The notes under the pieces are model-generated. The model had not been told where the DNA came from, made no database searches, and was given only the letters and a program-made list of their open reading frames with translations. DNA of 63,376 bases, counting the filler, from Octopus bimaculoides (taxonomy: Eukaryota), in the NCBI RefSeq assembly GCF_001194135.2. It is 7 parts of 5 records of this genome, joined end to end, with 100 filler letters (N's around TTAATTAATTAA, not from the genome) between each part and the next. Parts side by side here need not be neighbours in the genome. Positions count along the whole stretch, not along the records: positions 7,499 to 28,315 come from NC_069003.1; positions 28,416 to 34,808 come from NC_069005.1; positions 34,909 to 41,522 come from NW_026312583.1; 4 more parts are not named here. The stretch is one strand, 5' to 3'. Both the position numbers and the translations under genes were made by a program. Positions 27,421-40,010 of this stretch are shown piece by piece. The stretch's first letter is position 1. Each line of letters starts with the position of its first letter.

Positions 27421-29522
27421 AAATGTTATTTCATCAAACCCTAAAGGAATGAGAGACAAAGTGGACTTCGGCGGGGTTTTGATCTCTGAACGTAAAGAGC
27501 CGGAACAATGCCACTAAGCATTTTGTCCGACATGCTACTGCTCTGCCAATTCGACCCTTAATAATAATAATGATGATGATATGCCATGATGCAATACTAG
27601 GCACTGGCACTCATTGCTTCTGAACCTTAACTGATTGGAAGTGTGATCATGTAAATGTTTTGTCTTGGTATAAAAGATGGGTTACAGCAAATATTCTGCC
27701 CAATATTATTATTATTATTCACGGCATTCACCGAGCGAAACGAAACGTTCTTGAGGATTACTACTGTGACGATATTCGCCTCACTCCTTTATACATTGTT
27801 CTCCAGCATTATATATTTGTGAACAGGCTTTCTCTGACAAAAACCACAGCACCTTGCCTTCAGCGGTTTACATACCCTCAATATCATACACAGATGGCGA
27901 TTACATTTTTTTTTTTTGTTTTGCTGTTTTATCTTTTATTTGCTTTGGTAATTGATCTGCTGCCATACTGGGGCACCACCTCGAAGGGTTTTAGTCGAAG
28001 AAATCAACCCCCAAAGCAATTTTCTTTCTTTTTTTTTCTTTATTCTTTTTTCGTGTCTAGAGTGCTTACTCTGTCAGTCTCTTCTACTGGACTCCTAATT
28101 TACAGGGACATAAGCATTTCATCACCGGTTGTCCAACGGTAGTAAAACACAAGGACACACCCATATATGTGTTTGTGTGTGTGTGTGTGTATGTGTGTGT
28201 GTGTGTATAAAAACAAATTCTTCATGGCTGTACCCTAGCATGGACGCAGTCTAATGATTGAAACATGTAAAAGATAAAACGATAAAATATATATATATAT
28301 ATATATGCATATATANNNNNNNNNNNNNNNNNNNNNNNNNNNNNNNNNNNNNNNNNNNNTTAATTAATTAANNNNNNNNNNNNNNNNNNNNNNNNNNNNN
28401 NNNNNNNNNNNNNNNTATATATAATATATATATGTTCTGTGTGTGTCTGTGTATGTATGTTTATTGACAACCGAGGTTGGTGTGTTCACGTCCCTGTAAC
28501 TTAGCGGTTCGGCAAAAGAGGCCGATGGAACAAGTACTAAGCTTACAAAGAATAAGTCCTGGAGGCGATTTGCTCGACTAAAGCCAGTGCTCCAGCACGG
28601 CCGCAGTCAAATGACTGAAACAAGTAAAAGAATTTTAAAAATACACGTTTACGTCTAGAAATATAGATTTCAATCTCCATGAAAAAACACCAATTAAATT
28701 TGCTTGTATTTAATAGGAAACCGGAAAAGATTCCTGAATCACTGCTTCATATTTTGGAATCGGTGTAAAGAGGACCATACAAGATTCTTTAAGTTAATAA
28801 ATCGCAGTTAGAAATTGATGTAGTTCTCTATGTAAATGAATGAAAAAGGACTTCCTTTTTGGAGTATTCTGATAATTAGAGAAGTGAGACGGTTTCAACT
28901 GGAAGGACACATACATACCGATATTTAGATTTTAGGAGGTGACTTAGCAGAAGCGTTAGCACGCCGTGCAATATGCTTAACGAAATTTCGTCCGTGTTTC
29001 ATGTTCTGAGTTCAAGTTTTGCCGAGGTAAACTTTGCTTATCAACCGTTCGAGGTCGATAAAATAAGTACCAATTGAGAACTGGGGTCTATGTAATCGAC
29101 CTATCCCTCCCCCGAAATCGCTGGCCTTGTACCACTAAAAGAAACATCGCATTCTATATGGCAAGACATATATGTTCTACAGTTATGGACAGAAGTAGAT
29201 GAGAGAAACGACTGGTAGAACTAATTACATTCCTTAAAAAATAATGCGTCGGGAAGTTAGTGAATTTACAGTAAGGAAGGCAAAATATATTGCAATCTCT
29301 GTCTTAAGGAGAAATTCACAATGACGGTGAAAACAAATATATAGTTATAAGCATTCGGTTTATAGTCATCCATAATCCTAGACACCAGAATGTCTTACGT
29401 TCAGTTAAACGATACCTTCTTATTTTACATCAATCAACAAATCTCCGAAAACTAACACTGTGTAACTTTTTTCTTTTTTTCTTTTATTTTTTTTTTTTGT
29501 CTTTGGTCAGTAAATGTTATTT

Positions 29523-29713
29523 CCTATTTGCTTCTATTTAAAAATCAAAGGAAATTATTACTATTCCTTTCAAACTTTGCTTTTCTGTCCTGGACATCAA
29601 TGTTTTGAAACTGACCTATTTGCTTCTATTTAAAAATCAAAGGAAATTATCACTATTCCTTTCAAACTTTGCTTTTCTGTCCTGGACATCAATGTTTTGA
29701 AACTGACCTATTT
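29523..29713. repeat. 92-bp tandem duplication, 2 copies with 1 mismatch
   Basis: 29523-29614 and 29615-29706 differ only at ttatTa/ttatCa; CCTATTT recurs at both junctions. Confidence 0.95.
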
Positions 29714-30065
29714 TCCATTACATCTCAGACAAATTCAGCACTGAGTTGCTGAAGCAGAAATATCATTATAGCAAATATTCTGTTCAATAGCACAAATTTA
29801 CTTGTCAGTTGCTTGACCTTAACCACTTGAGCAGGTCCCTTAGTGGCTGACAATATGTGAATCTCTGGTGATGAGCATAAGTAATAGGTGGGGGAGGGCA
29901 TCATAGCCGTGTGTTGAGAGGAATTGTTTGGGCTTCCAATAAACATAAGAAAAGCAAAGTTTGAAGGGAATAGCCATTTTTTATACTTTCTAAGTGCAAA
30001 CAAATAGGAAATAAGAGTTGCTATCCAAGGAAAAAATCATGTTACACGTTGTGATTACCAACAGC

Positions 30066-30530
30066 CGAAGGCAGCGACCAAATCTCAAAATACTAACAAA
30101 CGTGAAATATACATCTGAAGAGGAAATAAATCAGGTAACAAACTGCAGAAATTCTTGTTGTGGGCGTATTCAAATACCTGAAGACGAAACATGCAAAAAG
30201 TTCAAGAATGAGGAGGACTTGAAGGTTAATACAAATACGAATTGCAAACCAAATAATCTCATCTGTTGCATCATTTGCACTCGAAGCAATGTGAATTATT
30301 TCGGCCAAACAAAATGAAGATTAATTCAGCGTATGAAAGTGCATGAACAAATGAAACATTCACCTCTTGGAATTTCTCTGTGTAGTGAACATTTACGCAA
30401 CTGAAAAATTCAAAATATTTTTCTTTACTGAAAATAAGGAAACAACAACAAAAGAAAAAAACACAAACTAAGAAAGGCAAAAGAAGAATATTTTATTATA
30501 AGAACTCTAAATCCGAAAACAAACCACATC
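30066..30530 (+). mobile_element. Penelope-like element, GIY-YIG endonuclease remnant
   Basis: RQRPNLK..TCKKF..CKPNNLICCIICTRSNVNYFGQT..RMKVHEQ..EEYFIIRTLNP resembles CxxxNVIYxIxCxxCxxxYIGQT..RxxEH..ExxxI. Confidence 0.75.
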
Positions 30531-31789
30531 TTAAGACAAATTCCTCTATTCGGATAATTCCATTATCCGTGTGGTTGGAAAATTGAACGAGGAAAGCGCT
30601 TACACACACAATACAAAAACTTCGTGTCACTTTGTTNNNNNNNNNNNNNNNNNNNNNNNNNNNNNNNNNNNNNNNNNNNNNNNNNNNNNNNNNNNNNNNN
30701 NNNNNNNNNNNNNNNNNNNNNNNNNNNNNNNNNNNNNNNNNNNNNNNNNNNNNNNNNNNNNNNNNNNNNNNNNNNNNNNNNNNNNNNNNNNNNNNNNNNN
30801 NNNNNNNNNNNNNNNNNNNNNNNNNNNNNNNNNNNNNNNNNNNNNNNNNNNNNNNNNNNNNNNNNNNNNNNNNNNNNNNNNNNNNNNNNNNNNNNNNNNN
30901 NNNNNNNNNNNNNNNNNNNNATATATATCGTTGTATTTCAGGATGGTCATTTGGGTGGGGGAGACAAATAAACACACGCACTATATATTTTTTTCTTTAA
31001 TCGTTTATTACTGTTCTTATTTTATCATTTTAACTCATATCCATTGTCCGGAAATCTTTCGTCACGCATTTGTGACCTCTTCAGCAAAACTTTTCCTTTT
31101 CGTGTGTGTTCTTGCTCCACTTACTCCATTCTGTTCTTCTAAGGTGTGTTTCCTTATGTGCGTCTGCGTTTGTGTGTGTGTGTGCAGGGGGTGGGGGAGT
31201 GTGAGTGTATGCTTGTGTGAGTGTCATAGTTTTTATCAGCAGTGTGGCCTTCCCATCACCAGCCCCATCCTCTCTCCTCACTGTGCTCACTCCAATGTGC
31301 TGCTGCACTCCTAAGACCCCAAAAATATGTTACAGTTCCTCTATTCTTCTGTGTATGTATGTTCGCCCACGGTGTTGCCACAGTGATAGTTTTTGTTGTT
31401 GTTATTGCTATTGTTGTCACCGCCGCTGCTGCCGTCGTTGTTAATGGTGCTGTTGACATTGTTGTGGTCGTCCGTGAAATTTCTTGTGTGTGTGTATGTG
31501 TGTCTAAGGGTTCGCTTTGTATGTTGCATGTATCCATGCCCTTTATATAGCTTTATTTATTTATTTTATCTATCTCTATATCTTATATTTATTCCAGGTA
31601 TACGACAAATATATTTATACATTTGTTTATTTATCTATTTATTTATTTATTTATATCTATATCTCTATTTCTCATAAGTATCACAGGTAAGTACATATAT
31701 GTCTATTGTGTGTCTATTACCCTGTACGTTTCTGCGTGTCATTTACGATTTTTTTGTTTTTTATTGTTTTTCCCCTCTCTTCTCATCCC

Positions 31790-33100
31790 TTCTGGCTTTA
31801 GTCATATGGTGTGGTGTGGTACTGGTGTTACTGTTCCATTCGTGTTTTTTATTGAGGCTCAGTCTGTCTACTAGTATATGTGTAGTCTGTGTGATCTGTC
31901 TAAATGTCGTGTCAGTCCTATGTGTCGATAATATCTTAACCTCTGTGCTATTAATCGAGCCTTCATGTTCTGCCTGAGCATGTTGGTAGAGCACACACGA
32001 GCTTTTCCCTTCTTTGAGCTCTCGCCAATGTTCACCTATACGCTCTCCTATGCTGCGTGCAGTCTCTCCAATATTGTCATGTTTCTGCACCGTCCCTCAG
32101 TATATCGTAAACTATACACTATATTCCTAATCTTACAGTTCACCCATGGGTTCATCCTACATGCAGCAAAATTGTACTCCTTACAAGGAGACTTATCATC
32201 AAAGGAATAGGTATTGCAGACCAAGGATTTTAATGGGGCACCAGGTCTCACTACTACTTTAATTCGTAGATTAGCCTTACTTAATGCTTTTCTAAAAAGG
32301 TGTGCTAGTTCGCCGCCAGGGGTAACATTGACGAACATGACACTCTGGTATTTTTTGTTGTCATGCCAAGTGTTGGCCTTATTTATCTTATTACTGGTCC
32401 TTTCTGTGTTGTTCCAAGATTTACTCTTGTACAGTGGGTAGATCCACTTAGCATCACTCTCTTAGTATCACTCTCTATGATGGCTTTGTACTTAGTCTTG
32501 GCTCTTTTGTACACTCTAATCTTGTCCCTTTGGTTGTAGACAGAGAATCGCATGCGGTGGATGAAGTGTTGTATTTGTCTTTCCAATGCCATAGGGTCGC
32601 AGTCCATACAGAGCCGGGATATCGTTGTTGGTGGCCTGGAAGTGGTTGGCCATGCGCTTCTTTGCCCCTGGGATGTTTTGACCACATCATCATATGAGCA
32701 GTGAGGATTTTCTCTCTCTCCTCACACCCCCGTATCGTTGTTTCTCTCATATTGGTGATTCGGGTTGCATCTCCTGGCTGTAGTTCGGCAGGCTGTCTAC
32801 CGCTGTATCAGCCTGCGCAGGGACCACCTGCAGACTTCTTGTCGAGATGCTGTGCTTTTCTACCACTCCGTCTTCTAATGTATTGTTCTAAAATCTGTCT
32901 AAATTTAGTATTGGCTATGGTGAAGGGTGTTTCAATTTCTTCATTTGTCTGTTGAGGGATGCAAACTCTTTTGTTGAAGATTACGGTTGTCGGATAAATA
33001 CGACTCATATCGTATGATCTATGCCATGGATTGAAGAATAGGGCATGGTAAGGTTTGGTGCCATGTATACCCGTTGTACTGCTATCTATCATATTTCTCT
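31790..33100 (-). mobile_element. Penelope-like (Neptune-type) element: RT C-terminus, Cys-rich linker and GIY-YIG endonuclease, decayed
   Basis: QHFIHRMRFSVYN, MFVNVTPGGELAHLFRK..IKVVVRPGAPLKSL, C..C..NC..RNIVY and IGETARSIGERIGEH..QHAQAEH, in colinear order over frameshifts. Confidence 0.85.
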
Positions 33101-33689
33101 TGTTACCAATTCTATAGTTGTGTCATTCCTTGTTATTAGTTGTGGGGGGAAGTGGGGGTGGTAGTGGTGTGGTGGTGGTGGCGGCGGCGGCGGCGGTGGT
33201 GGTGGTGGTGGTGGTGGTACTTTGAAAACGGTAGAGTATCTCCATGTAATTATTTCTAATTTTATTGATCATTATTTATTAAACAAGAAGTACCGTCGTT
33301 GATCAACATTTTCGAATAGACCAATCACCGTTTCGCTGTAATTATAACGGTTGCAATGACACGAAGAGAAAGCATGTGCTACTCGAACGAAGCGAATATC
33401 ACACAGCCTTATTTATTTATTTATTTATTTATTTTTATACGCAAGTTGATCACGCGATTCTAATGCGATTCAGTACTGATTTGTTGTACTTATAAAGCGG
33501 CAAGAGTGACAAAAGAGTGTATGTATGTATGTATGTAACTAGCTGAATCTGAAAGAATGCGCGATTTAGATGTTTTTATATGCAAGGATATTTACATCCG
33601 AAACAGTAATTAGATTTCTAAATGACAAACAGCAAATACTTAGAAACAGAGTGGGTTTTCTCACTTGATAGTTTCTTTAATTTCTCGTT

Positions 33690-33950
33690 TATGTCAGGTA
33701 ATTACAGAGTATCTATTCAAGCTACATGTCTTAGGCATCTCATTAATATATATCTACGTCACGTTAATAGCCTTTTGTCTGGATTACTTAATGCTTCATT
33801 CTTCGTCTTCACGTCTACATTCCCCATGCACACATAGACAAGAAAGAATCAGCAAAGTCGAATCCCAAATGAGAGCCCATTGATATAACGTCGTCTGTGC
33901 AATGTAAATACTACCTCTGGTATTTCTCAATGGTAATATTTGTATATCAG
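33690..33950 (-). mobile_element. Separate Penelope-like RT core fragment
   Basis: DDVISMGSHLGFDFADSFL (cf. DGVAMGSPLGPTFANFYM) followed by a degenerate RYxDD region. Confidence 0.55.
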
Positions 33951-33972
33951 CATACATACATACATGTATAGG

Positions 33973-34014
<42 letters not shown>

Positions 34015-34959
34015 CGTTTATGTGTGTGTATGTATGCATGTATGTATATATATATGTATATATTCATATTTACACATATATAAACATACATATACATATA
34101 TGTGTATGCATGTATTTATGTATGTATAAATGTATATGGGAGATGTGCATTTATACGTTTCTCTCTGTATGTGTGTGTGCATGTACACGTGTGTGCACAC
34201 GTGCGTGTGTGTGTCTGTGTGCACACGTGCGTCTGTGTGTGTGAGTGCGTTTGTGAGTGTGTGTGTGAGCGGGTGTTTGTGTATGTAATTAAAACTTAAT
34301 GCTTCATGTATATCTAATTAATGCTTCTTGTCTATTCAGTGCAATAATACGGGTAATTTATTAAATTATGTACTGCTGAATGGGATGTGTGAGTGCTTAT
34401 GTGTGTGTGTATGCGCGAATGTATATAAGAATTTTTGCATGCACATAAGTATGTGTGTATGTGTGCGTGTGAGTATACTCACACGCATACACACATACAT
34501 AGCTTCAGAAAAACCTGAATATTTATATGTATTCAAGTATGTATGTGTATATGTGTGTGTGTGTGTGTCGGTGTGTATGTGTATGTACACAAACGCACAT
34601 AAATTCGTATTAAGAACACATATGTTTGCTAATGCAGAGTTACATATTCGTCATTTGACAACAGGAAACCCAAGTAAACTAAATATATCTACAGATATAT
34701 TCATGCACACACACACACACACACAAATACATACATATATATATATATAATCCCATACACATGCATGCATACATACGTAGGGCTTCATATATATATATAT
34801 AATCCCATNNNNNNNNNNNNNNNNNNNNNNNNNNNNNNNNNNNNNNNNNNNNTTAATTAATTAANNNNNNNNNNNNNNNNNNNNNNNNNNNNNNNNNNNN
34901 NNNNNNNNATTTCATTTTCGAAATTGTTATTGCTATTATTGAAAGTTACATTTTTCTTT

Positions 34960-36580
34960 ATTAATTACTTTATACACAGATAAACATCAATTGATAAAAT
35001 TTAACCCTTGATAATTGATAAAATTTAACATTAAATGAAACAACCATTCGTCACTCCATTATATATATTATGTCTTCTTAATTATTATAAGTGCTCTCTG
35101 AACCCCTAATCAACCTATATCTACTAACTGTATATTTATATTAGTAATGTTCTTCATTATTAATATAAATGAATAACCTCTTAAAGAAGACATAAATCAT
35201 ATTTTCCTATTGCATCAATATATTATTCTATACTTAATTTGCACATCGTTTCATTTCTCAATATAAAAGACAATAATATAGTAAATATTAATAACAACAC
35301 AACTGACATCTTATATAGTAAAGGTAAAACAATAATTTCATTAAAACAAAGAACGACTCTCTGTAATATAAAGCCCCCAAACAAAGCACCAATACACAAA
35401 ATCAATATCGATATGACAACACATAAATCGTCTTCCTTTATATTCTCGTAAATCACACGTTTTACATCTGCTCATACTACATAAATAGATATACGTATAG
35501 AGTATAATATAGTTAAAAACTCCAAATATCCCAAATACTCCAATCAATATATTTATATCCCTATTTAACAAGACTTCAATGATCAAATCTTTTGAATAAA
35601 ACCCGGCCAAAAAAGGAAATTCACATAATGTTATATTTGAAATATTAAGAACGATTCTAGTAAAAGGCAAATTATATATTACTCCCTTAATATCCCGGAT
35701 ATCCTGTTCTCCACAATAGCAATGAATAATATTCCCACCATACAAAAATAATAAAGTTTTAAATATAGCATGTGTACATAGATAAACTAAAGCTAATATA
35801 GTCATTTTTATTCCTAAAGATATCATTATTACCCTCAACTGGCTTAAAGTTGACAAAGCAAGCAGAAATTCCTGACATAAAAGTAGTCATAATAGAAATA
35901 AACACTATTAAACAACAAAAATAACTCACTTCAATTAAATAATTATAAAATCGAATCAACAAAACACTCCCGCTGTATCTAAAGTAGAACAATGTACTAA
36001 AGCTGAAGCAGAGGTACGTGTTGCTAGCGCAGCAGGTAATCAACTTCTAAATGGAATCTGAGCCTTTTTAGTTATTCCAGCAATAACTACAAAAACCATA
36101 CAAATATCAAAAAGCAAACAAATGCCAAATACATAAATAATTTCAATGTCTGAACAATGATATAATATTAATTCGATCTAAAATGTAACAATCCCCAACC
36201 CGATTTGTCAAAACCGTTTATATACCTGCACCTAATGATCTATTATTCTGATAGTAAATAGCTAAACAAAATGATACCCATCCCAATCTATCTCATCCTA
36301 AAATCAAACTAACAAATCTAGGATTAAAAATCACAAAATTATAGACAAAACAAATAACTATTAGAAATCACTTAACCCTTCATATATCAAACAATCTCCC
36401 AAAACTACAACTTGCCCAATCAAGTAAAATATCTAACGCAACATTAAAACGTAACATAAACAATTTCCCACGAAATAATATAACAGCAATTATTCAAAAT
36501 CAAATATATAAATAAAATCGCTAAAAAAATAAAAGAAACTGACATTAATATAAATCTAAAAAAGATCTCTAATTTTAATT
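34960..36580 (-). pseudogene. nad5: NUMT nad5 remnant
   Basis: STLSQL, THAIFKTLLFL, FPFLAGFYSKDLIIE, SWLPAA..SALVH.STL.TAGV, LLIRFYNYL and KAQIPF motifs across several frames. Boundaries approximate. Confidence 0.93.
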
Positions 36581-36591
36581 TACCCTCAGTA

Positions 36592-36652
36592 AAATAAATT
36601 AACTTTTTCTTTATGACCACAACCTCGTACTTTTCTATAAACTAATTTTAAT
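36592..36652 (-). pseudogene. trnH: NUMT trnH remnant
   Basis: Anticodon-arm-like cgagg-tt-GTG-gt-cataa at the expected position between nad5 and nad4. Other arms degraded. Confidence 0.55.
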
Positions 36653-36654
36653 AA

Positions 36655-38292
36655 TCTAATGTAAATCCCTCCAATATATGTATATCCAAAATAAATATTA
36701 ATAAAGGAATAATATGGAAAAACAATAATAAAATNNNNNNNNNNNNNNNNNNNNNNNNNNNNNNNNNNNNNNNNNNNNNNNNNNNNNNNNNNNNNNNNNN
36801 NNNNNNNNNNNNNNNNNNNNNNNNNNNNNNNNNNNNNNNNNNNNNNNNNNNNNNNNNNNNNNNNNNNNNNNNNNNNNNNNNNNNNNNNNNNNNNNNNNNN
36901 NNNNNNNNNNNNNNNNNNNNNNNNNNNNNNNNNNNNNNNNNNNNNNNNNNNNNNNNNNNNNNNNNNNNNNNNNNNNNNNNNNNNNNNNNNNNNNNNNNNN
37001 NNNNNNNNNNNNNNNNNNNNNNNNNNNNNNNNNNNNNNNNNNNNNNNNNNNNNNNNNNNNNNNNNNNNNNNNNNNNNNNNNNNNNNNNNNNNNNNNNNNN
37101 NNNNNNNNNNNNNNNNNNNNNNNNNNNNNNNNNNNNNNNNNNNNNNNNNNNNNNNNNNNNNNNNNNNNNNNNNNNNNNNNNNNNNNNNNNNNNNNNNNNN
37201 NNNNNNNNNNNNNNNNNNNNNNNNNNNNNNNNNNNNNNNNNNNNNNNNNNNNNNNNNNNNNNNNNNNNNNNNNNNNNNNNNNNNNNNNNNNNNNNNNNNN
37301 NNNNNNNNNNNNNNNNNNNNNNNNNNNNNNNNNNNNNNNNNNNNNNNNNNNNNNNNNNNNNNNNNNNNNNNNNNNNNNNNNNNNNNNNNNNNNNNNNNNN
37401 NNNNNNNNNNNNNNNNNNNNNNNNNNNNNNNNNNNNNNNNNNNNNNNNNNNNNNNNNNNNNNNNNNNNNNNNNNNNNNNNNNNNNNNNNNNNNNNNNNNN
37501 NNNNNNNNNNNNNNNNNNNNNNNNNNNNNNNNNNNNNNNNNNNNNNNNNNNNNNNNNNNNNNNNNNNNNNNNNNNNNNNNNNNNNNNNNNNNNNNNNNNN
37601 NNNNNNNNNNNNNNNNNNNNNNNNNNNNNNNNNNNNNNNNNNNNNNNAACACTCTAGCTAAAATAATCGACCTCGAAATAGGAGCCTCTACAAGAGCTTT
37701 AGGTAATCACAAATGATAAACATAAATAGGTAACTTTACTGAAAAAAGCTAATATACCAAAATTTTTATATAAACTAATATTACTAATAAATAATAAATT
37801 AATAATATTCATTCTATAAGATCCCTCTCTCTCTCCATAACCCAATGATATTAAACATAATAGCAGAGGTAAAGAAGCTCAAACTTTATATAATACTATA
37901 TAAATATCAGCCTGTAACTGTTCAGGCTGATACCCTCAACTCAAAATTAATAACAAAGTATGATTTAATGATATTTCAAGAAACAAGTAAAACATCATTA
38001 AATTCTCCACCAGAAAGGAAATAAATACCACAAAACATGATACACAAGAATGTTTTTTATTCATCACTTTTTTATTCATCCTCTTTGCCGACTTATAGCT
38101 GGATAATAATATTGATCTACTTGTCCAAAGTCTTAATAAAATTAAAACCGTAGATATTTCTCAAAACATTCTCTTATCACTCTAAAATCAATATTTAAAT
38201 AGTTCAATCTTATAAACGTAAAAATCATTATATATCACAAACGTAACTCCCACTTGAATTGAAAATTTAAAAAATGATGATCCCTATTAATA
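36655..38292 (-). pseudogene. nad4: NUMT nad4 remnant (middle in N gap)
   Basis: KLPIYVYHLWLPKALVEAPI (cf. HLWLPKAHVEAP) and GWGYQPEQLQAG-like (cf. WGYQPERLQA) motifs. Confidence 0.92.
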
Positions 38293-38532
38293 TCCTTGTA
38301 ATTTATAAACCCTTAAACTTAATAAGTCATCATTACCACGTACCTGAAGAAATCTTTCTAATAATGATAACCCAAAAGTATCTTCACAAACCCCCAAAAC
38401 AACAACAATAACTAAATATAGATTTAAACTAATACTTCAAGAAAAAAACATAGAAAAAACTCTTAATATCAACAACTCAAATGCTAATAAAATATTCAAA
38501 ATATGTTTTCACTGAAATAATAATACAAACAC
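38287..38532 (-). pseudogene. nad4L: NUMT nad4L remnant
   Basis: QWKHILNILLAFELL and GVCEDTFGLSLL motifs; located between nad4 and trnT. Confidence 0.8.
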
Positions 38533-38541
38533 TCCCCCCCC

Positions 38542-38585
<44 letters not shown>

Positions 38586-38614
38586 CCATCAATAAATATT
38601 CCCATCAATTAAAC

Positions 38615-38679
38615 GTTATAATAGTTTATACAAAACATTAGTCTTGTAAACCAAAATTAAATATCTCATTCTTATAACT
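38615..38679 (+). pseudogene. trnT: NUMT trnT (TGT)
   Basis: Acceptor stem GTTATAA/TTATAAC and anticodon arm ttagt-ct-TGT-aa-accaa, on the opposite strand to its neighbours as in cephalopod mtDNA. Confidence 0.85.
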
Positions 38680-38684
38680 TTTTA

Positions 38685-38750
38685 AAGGTCACAAGTGAAT
38701 AGAACGCTTACAAAAGATTTTCAAATCCTATATTTACCCAACACACCCTA
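38685..38750 (-). pseudogene. trnS2: NUMT trnS2 (TGA)
   Basis: Anticodon arm aggat-tt-TGA-aa-atctt and T-arm-like aagcgttctattcactt, between trnT and the cob 3' end. Confidence 0.75.
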
Positions 38751-38751
38751 A

Positions 38752-40010
38752 TTATCTAATATGTATATTCACGCCATATCTAAAATAGATTGAATTAAGA
38801 AATAGACAAAATATAAAACCCTAAAAATTCGACCGAATATTTCATAAGGATATTATACAGGACAACTTCCGATTCAAGTTAAAATAAAAAATACACCAAC
38901 TATAATCCAGAAACAGAACTGTCCCCAAAAATTATAACTTAACCCTATAATCCCCTAATATGTAAAAGAGGACAAACGAACAACACAACAATAAACATTC
39001 CTAAACTAACTACACCCCCTAATTTATTAGGAATTCAACGCAAAATAGCATACGCAAACAAGAAATATCATTCAGGCTAAATATGAATAGGAGTAACCAA
39101 ACGATTCGCAGGAAAAAGATTTTCTGCATCCCCTAATATATTTAGAAATAATAAACGTAACTCAACCAATGCAAATAATATTACAAGAAACCATACTACA
39201 TCCTTATAACTATGATAATGATGAAAAGGAATTTTATCTAAGTCTCTATTTAACCGTGGAGGCGCAATGGTCCAGTGGTTAGGCAGCGGAACCGCGGTTT
39301 CGATTCCCAGACCGGGCGTTGTGAGTGTTTATTGAGGGAAAACATCTAAAGCTTCACGAGGCCCCGGCAGGGGGTGGTGGTGAGCCCTGCTGTACTCTTC
39401 CACCACAACTTTCTCTCACTCTTACTTCCTGTTTCTGTTGTGCCTGTAATTCAAAGGGTCAGCATTCTCACACTGTGTCACGCTGAATCTCCCCGAGAAC
39501 TACGTTAAGGGTACACGTGTCTGTGGAGTGCTCAGTCACTTGCACGTTAATTTCACGAGCAGGCTGTTCCGTATACGACGGAGTGCCAACAAGAACTATT
39601 TAACCATAACGGATTACTTGAACATCTTTCATGTAAAAATAGAAAATGCAGAAGTACTAGACCTACAATAATAAATGGAAATAAACAAAATGAAAACAAA
39701 GAAATCGACTCAAAGTAGCATTATCTACAGAACCCCACCTCAATTCAATAAACAAAATCTTCACTAATATAGGGAACAACAGAAACCAAATTAGTAATTA
39801 ACCGTAGTTCCTCAAAATGACATTTGACCCCACTGTAATACATATCCTGCGAACCCAGTTAATATTACTATTACTAACTCTCCAATATTCCAGGTATAAA
39901 CATTTACATATAATCCAAAATATAAACCACGACCAATATCTATATATAAGCAAATAAAAACAAAGAAGCTCCATTGGCATGAATATACCGCAACACCCAA
40001 CCATAATTCA
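38752..40010 (-). pseudogene. cob: NUMT cob remnant, 5'-truncated and split by a SINE
   Basis: [22 protein letters not shown] (cf. GYVLPWGQMSF) and a PEWYFLFAYAILR-like region near 39040-39080. Confidence 0.93.
39256..39595 (+). mobile_element. tRNA-derived SINE (GGAGGCGCAATGG..GTGGTTAGG family) inserted in NUMT cob
   Basis: A-box/B-box-like head (gtggttagg...ggtttcgattcc) and 10-bp TSD CTATTTAACC at 39246-39255 and 39596-39605. Confidence 0.9.

Larger units (their letters stand above)
34909..40010 (-). pseudogene. NUMT: decayed nuclear copy of the mitochondrial nad5-trnH-nad4-nad4L-trnT-trnS2-cob block
   Basis: Recognisable ND5, ND4, ND4L and CYTB motifs and tRNA remnants in octopus-type order, with frameshifts, deletions, an internal SINE and a microsatellite. 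Left edge is an assembly spacer; internal N gap 36735-37648. Confidence 0.95.

Noticed and set aside
31598-31686. + strand exon between ttccag and CAG|GTAAGT
   Set aside because: Body is an ATTT microsatellite with a stop in the plausible frame.
33100-33950. One continuous Penelope element spanning 31790-33950
   Set aside because: Both pieces appear to carry their own RYxDD-region remnant, so they are better read as separate insertions.
34909-40010. Functional or mis-assembled true mitochondrial DNA
   Set aside because: Frameshifts, deletions, a microsatellite and a nuclear SINE with TSD show it is a nuclear pseudogene.
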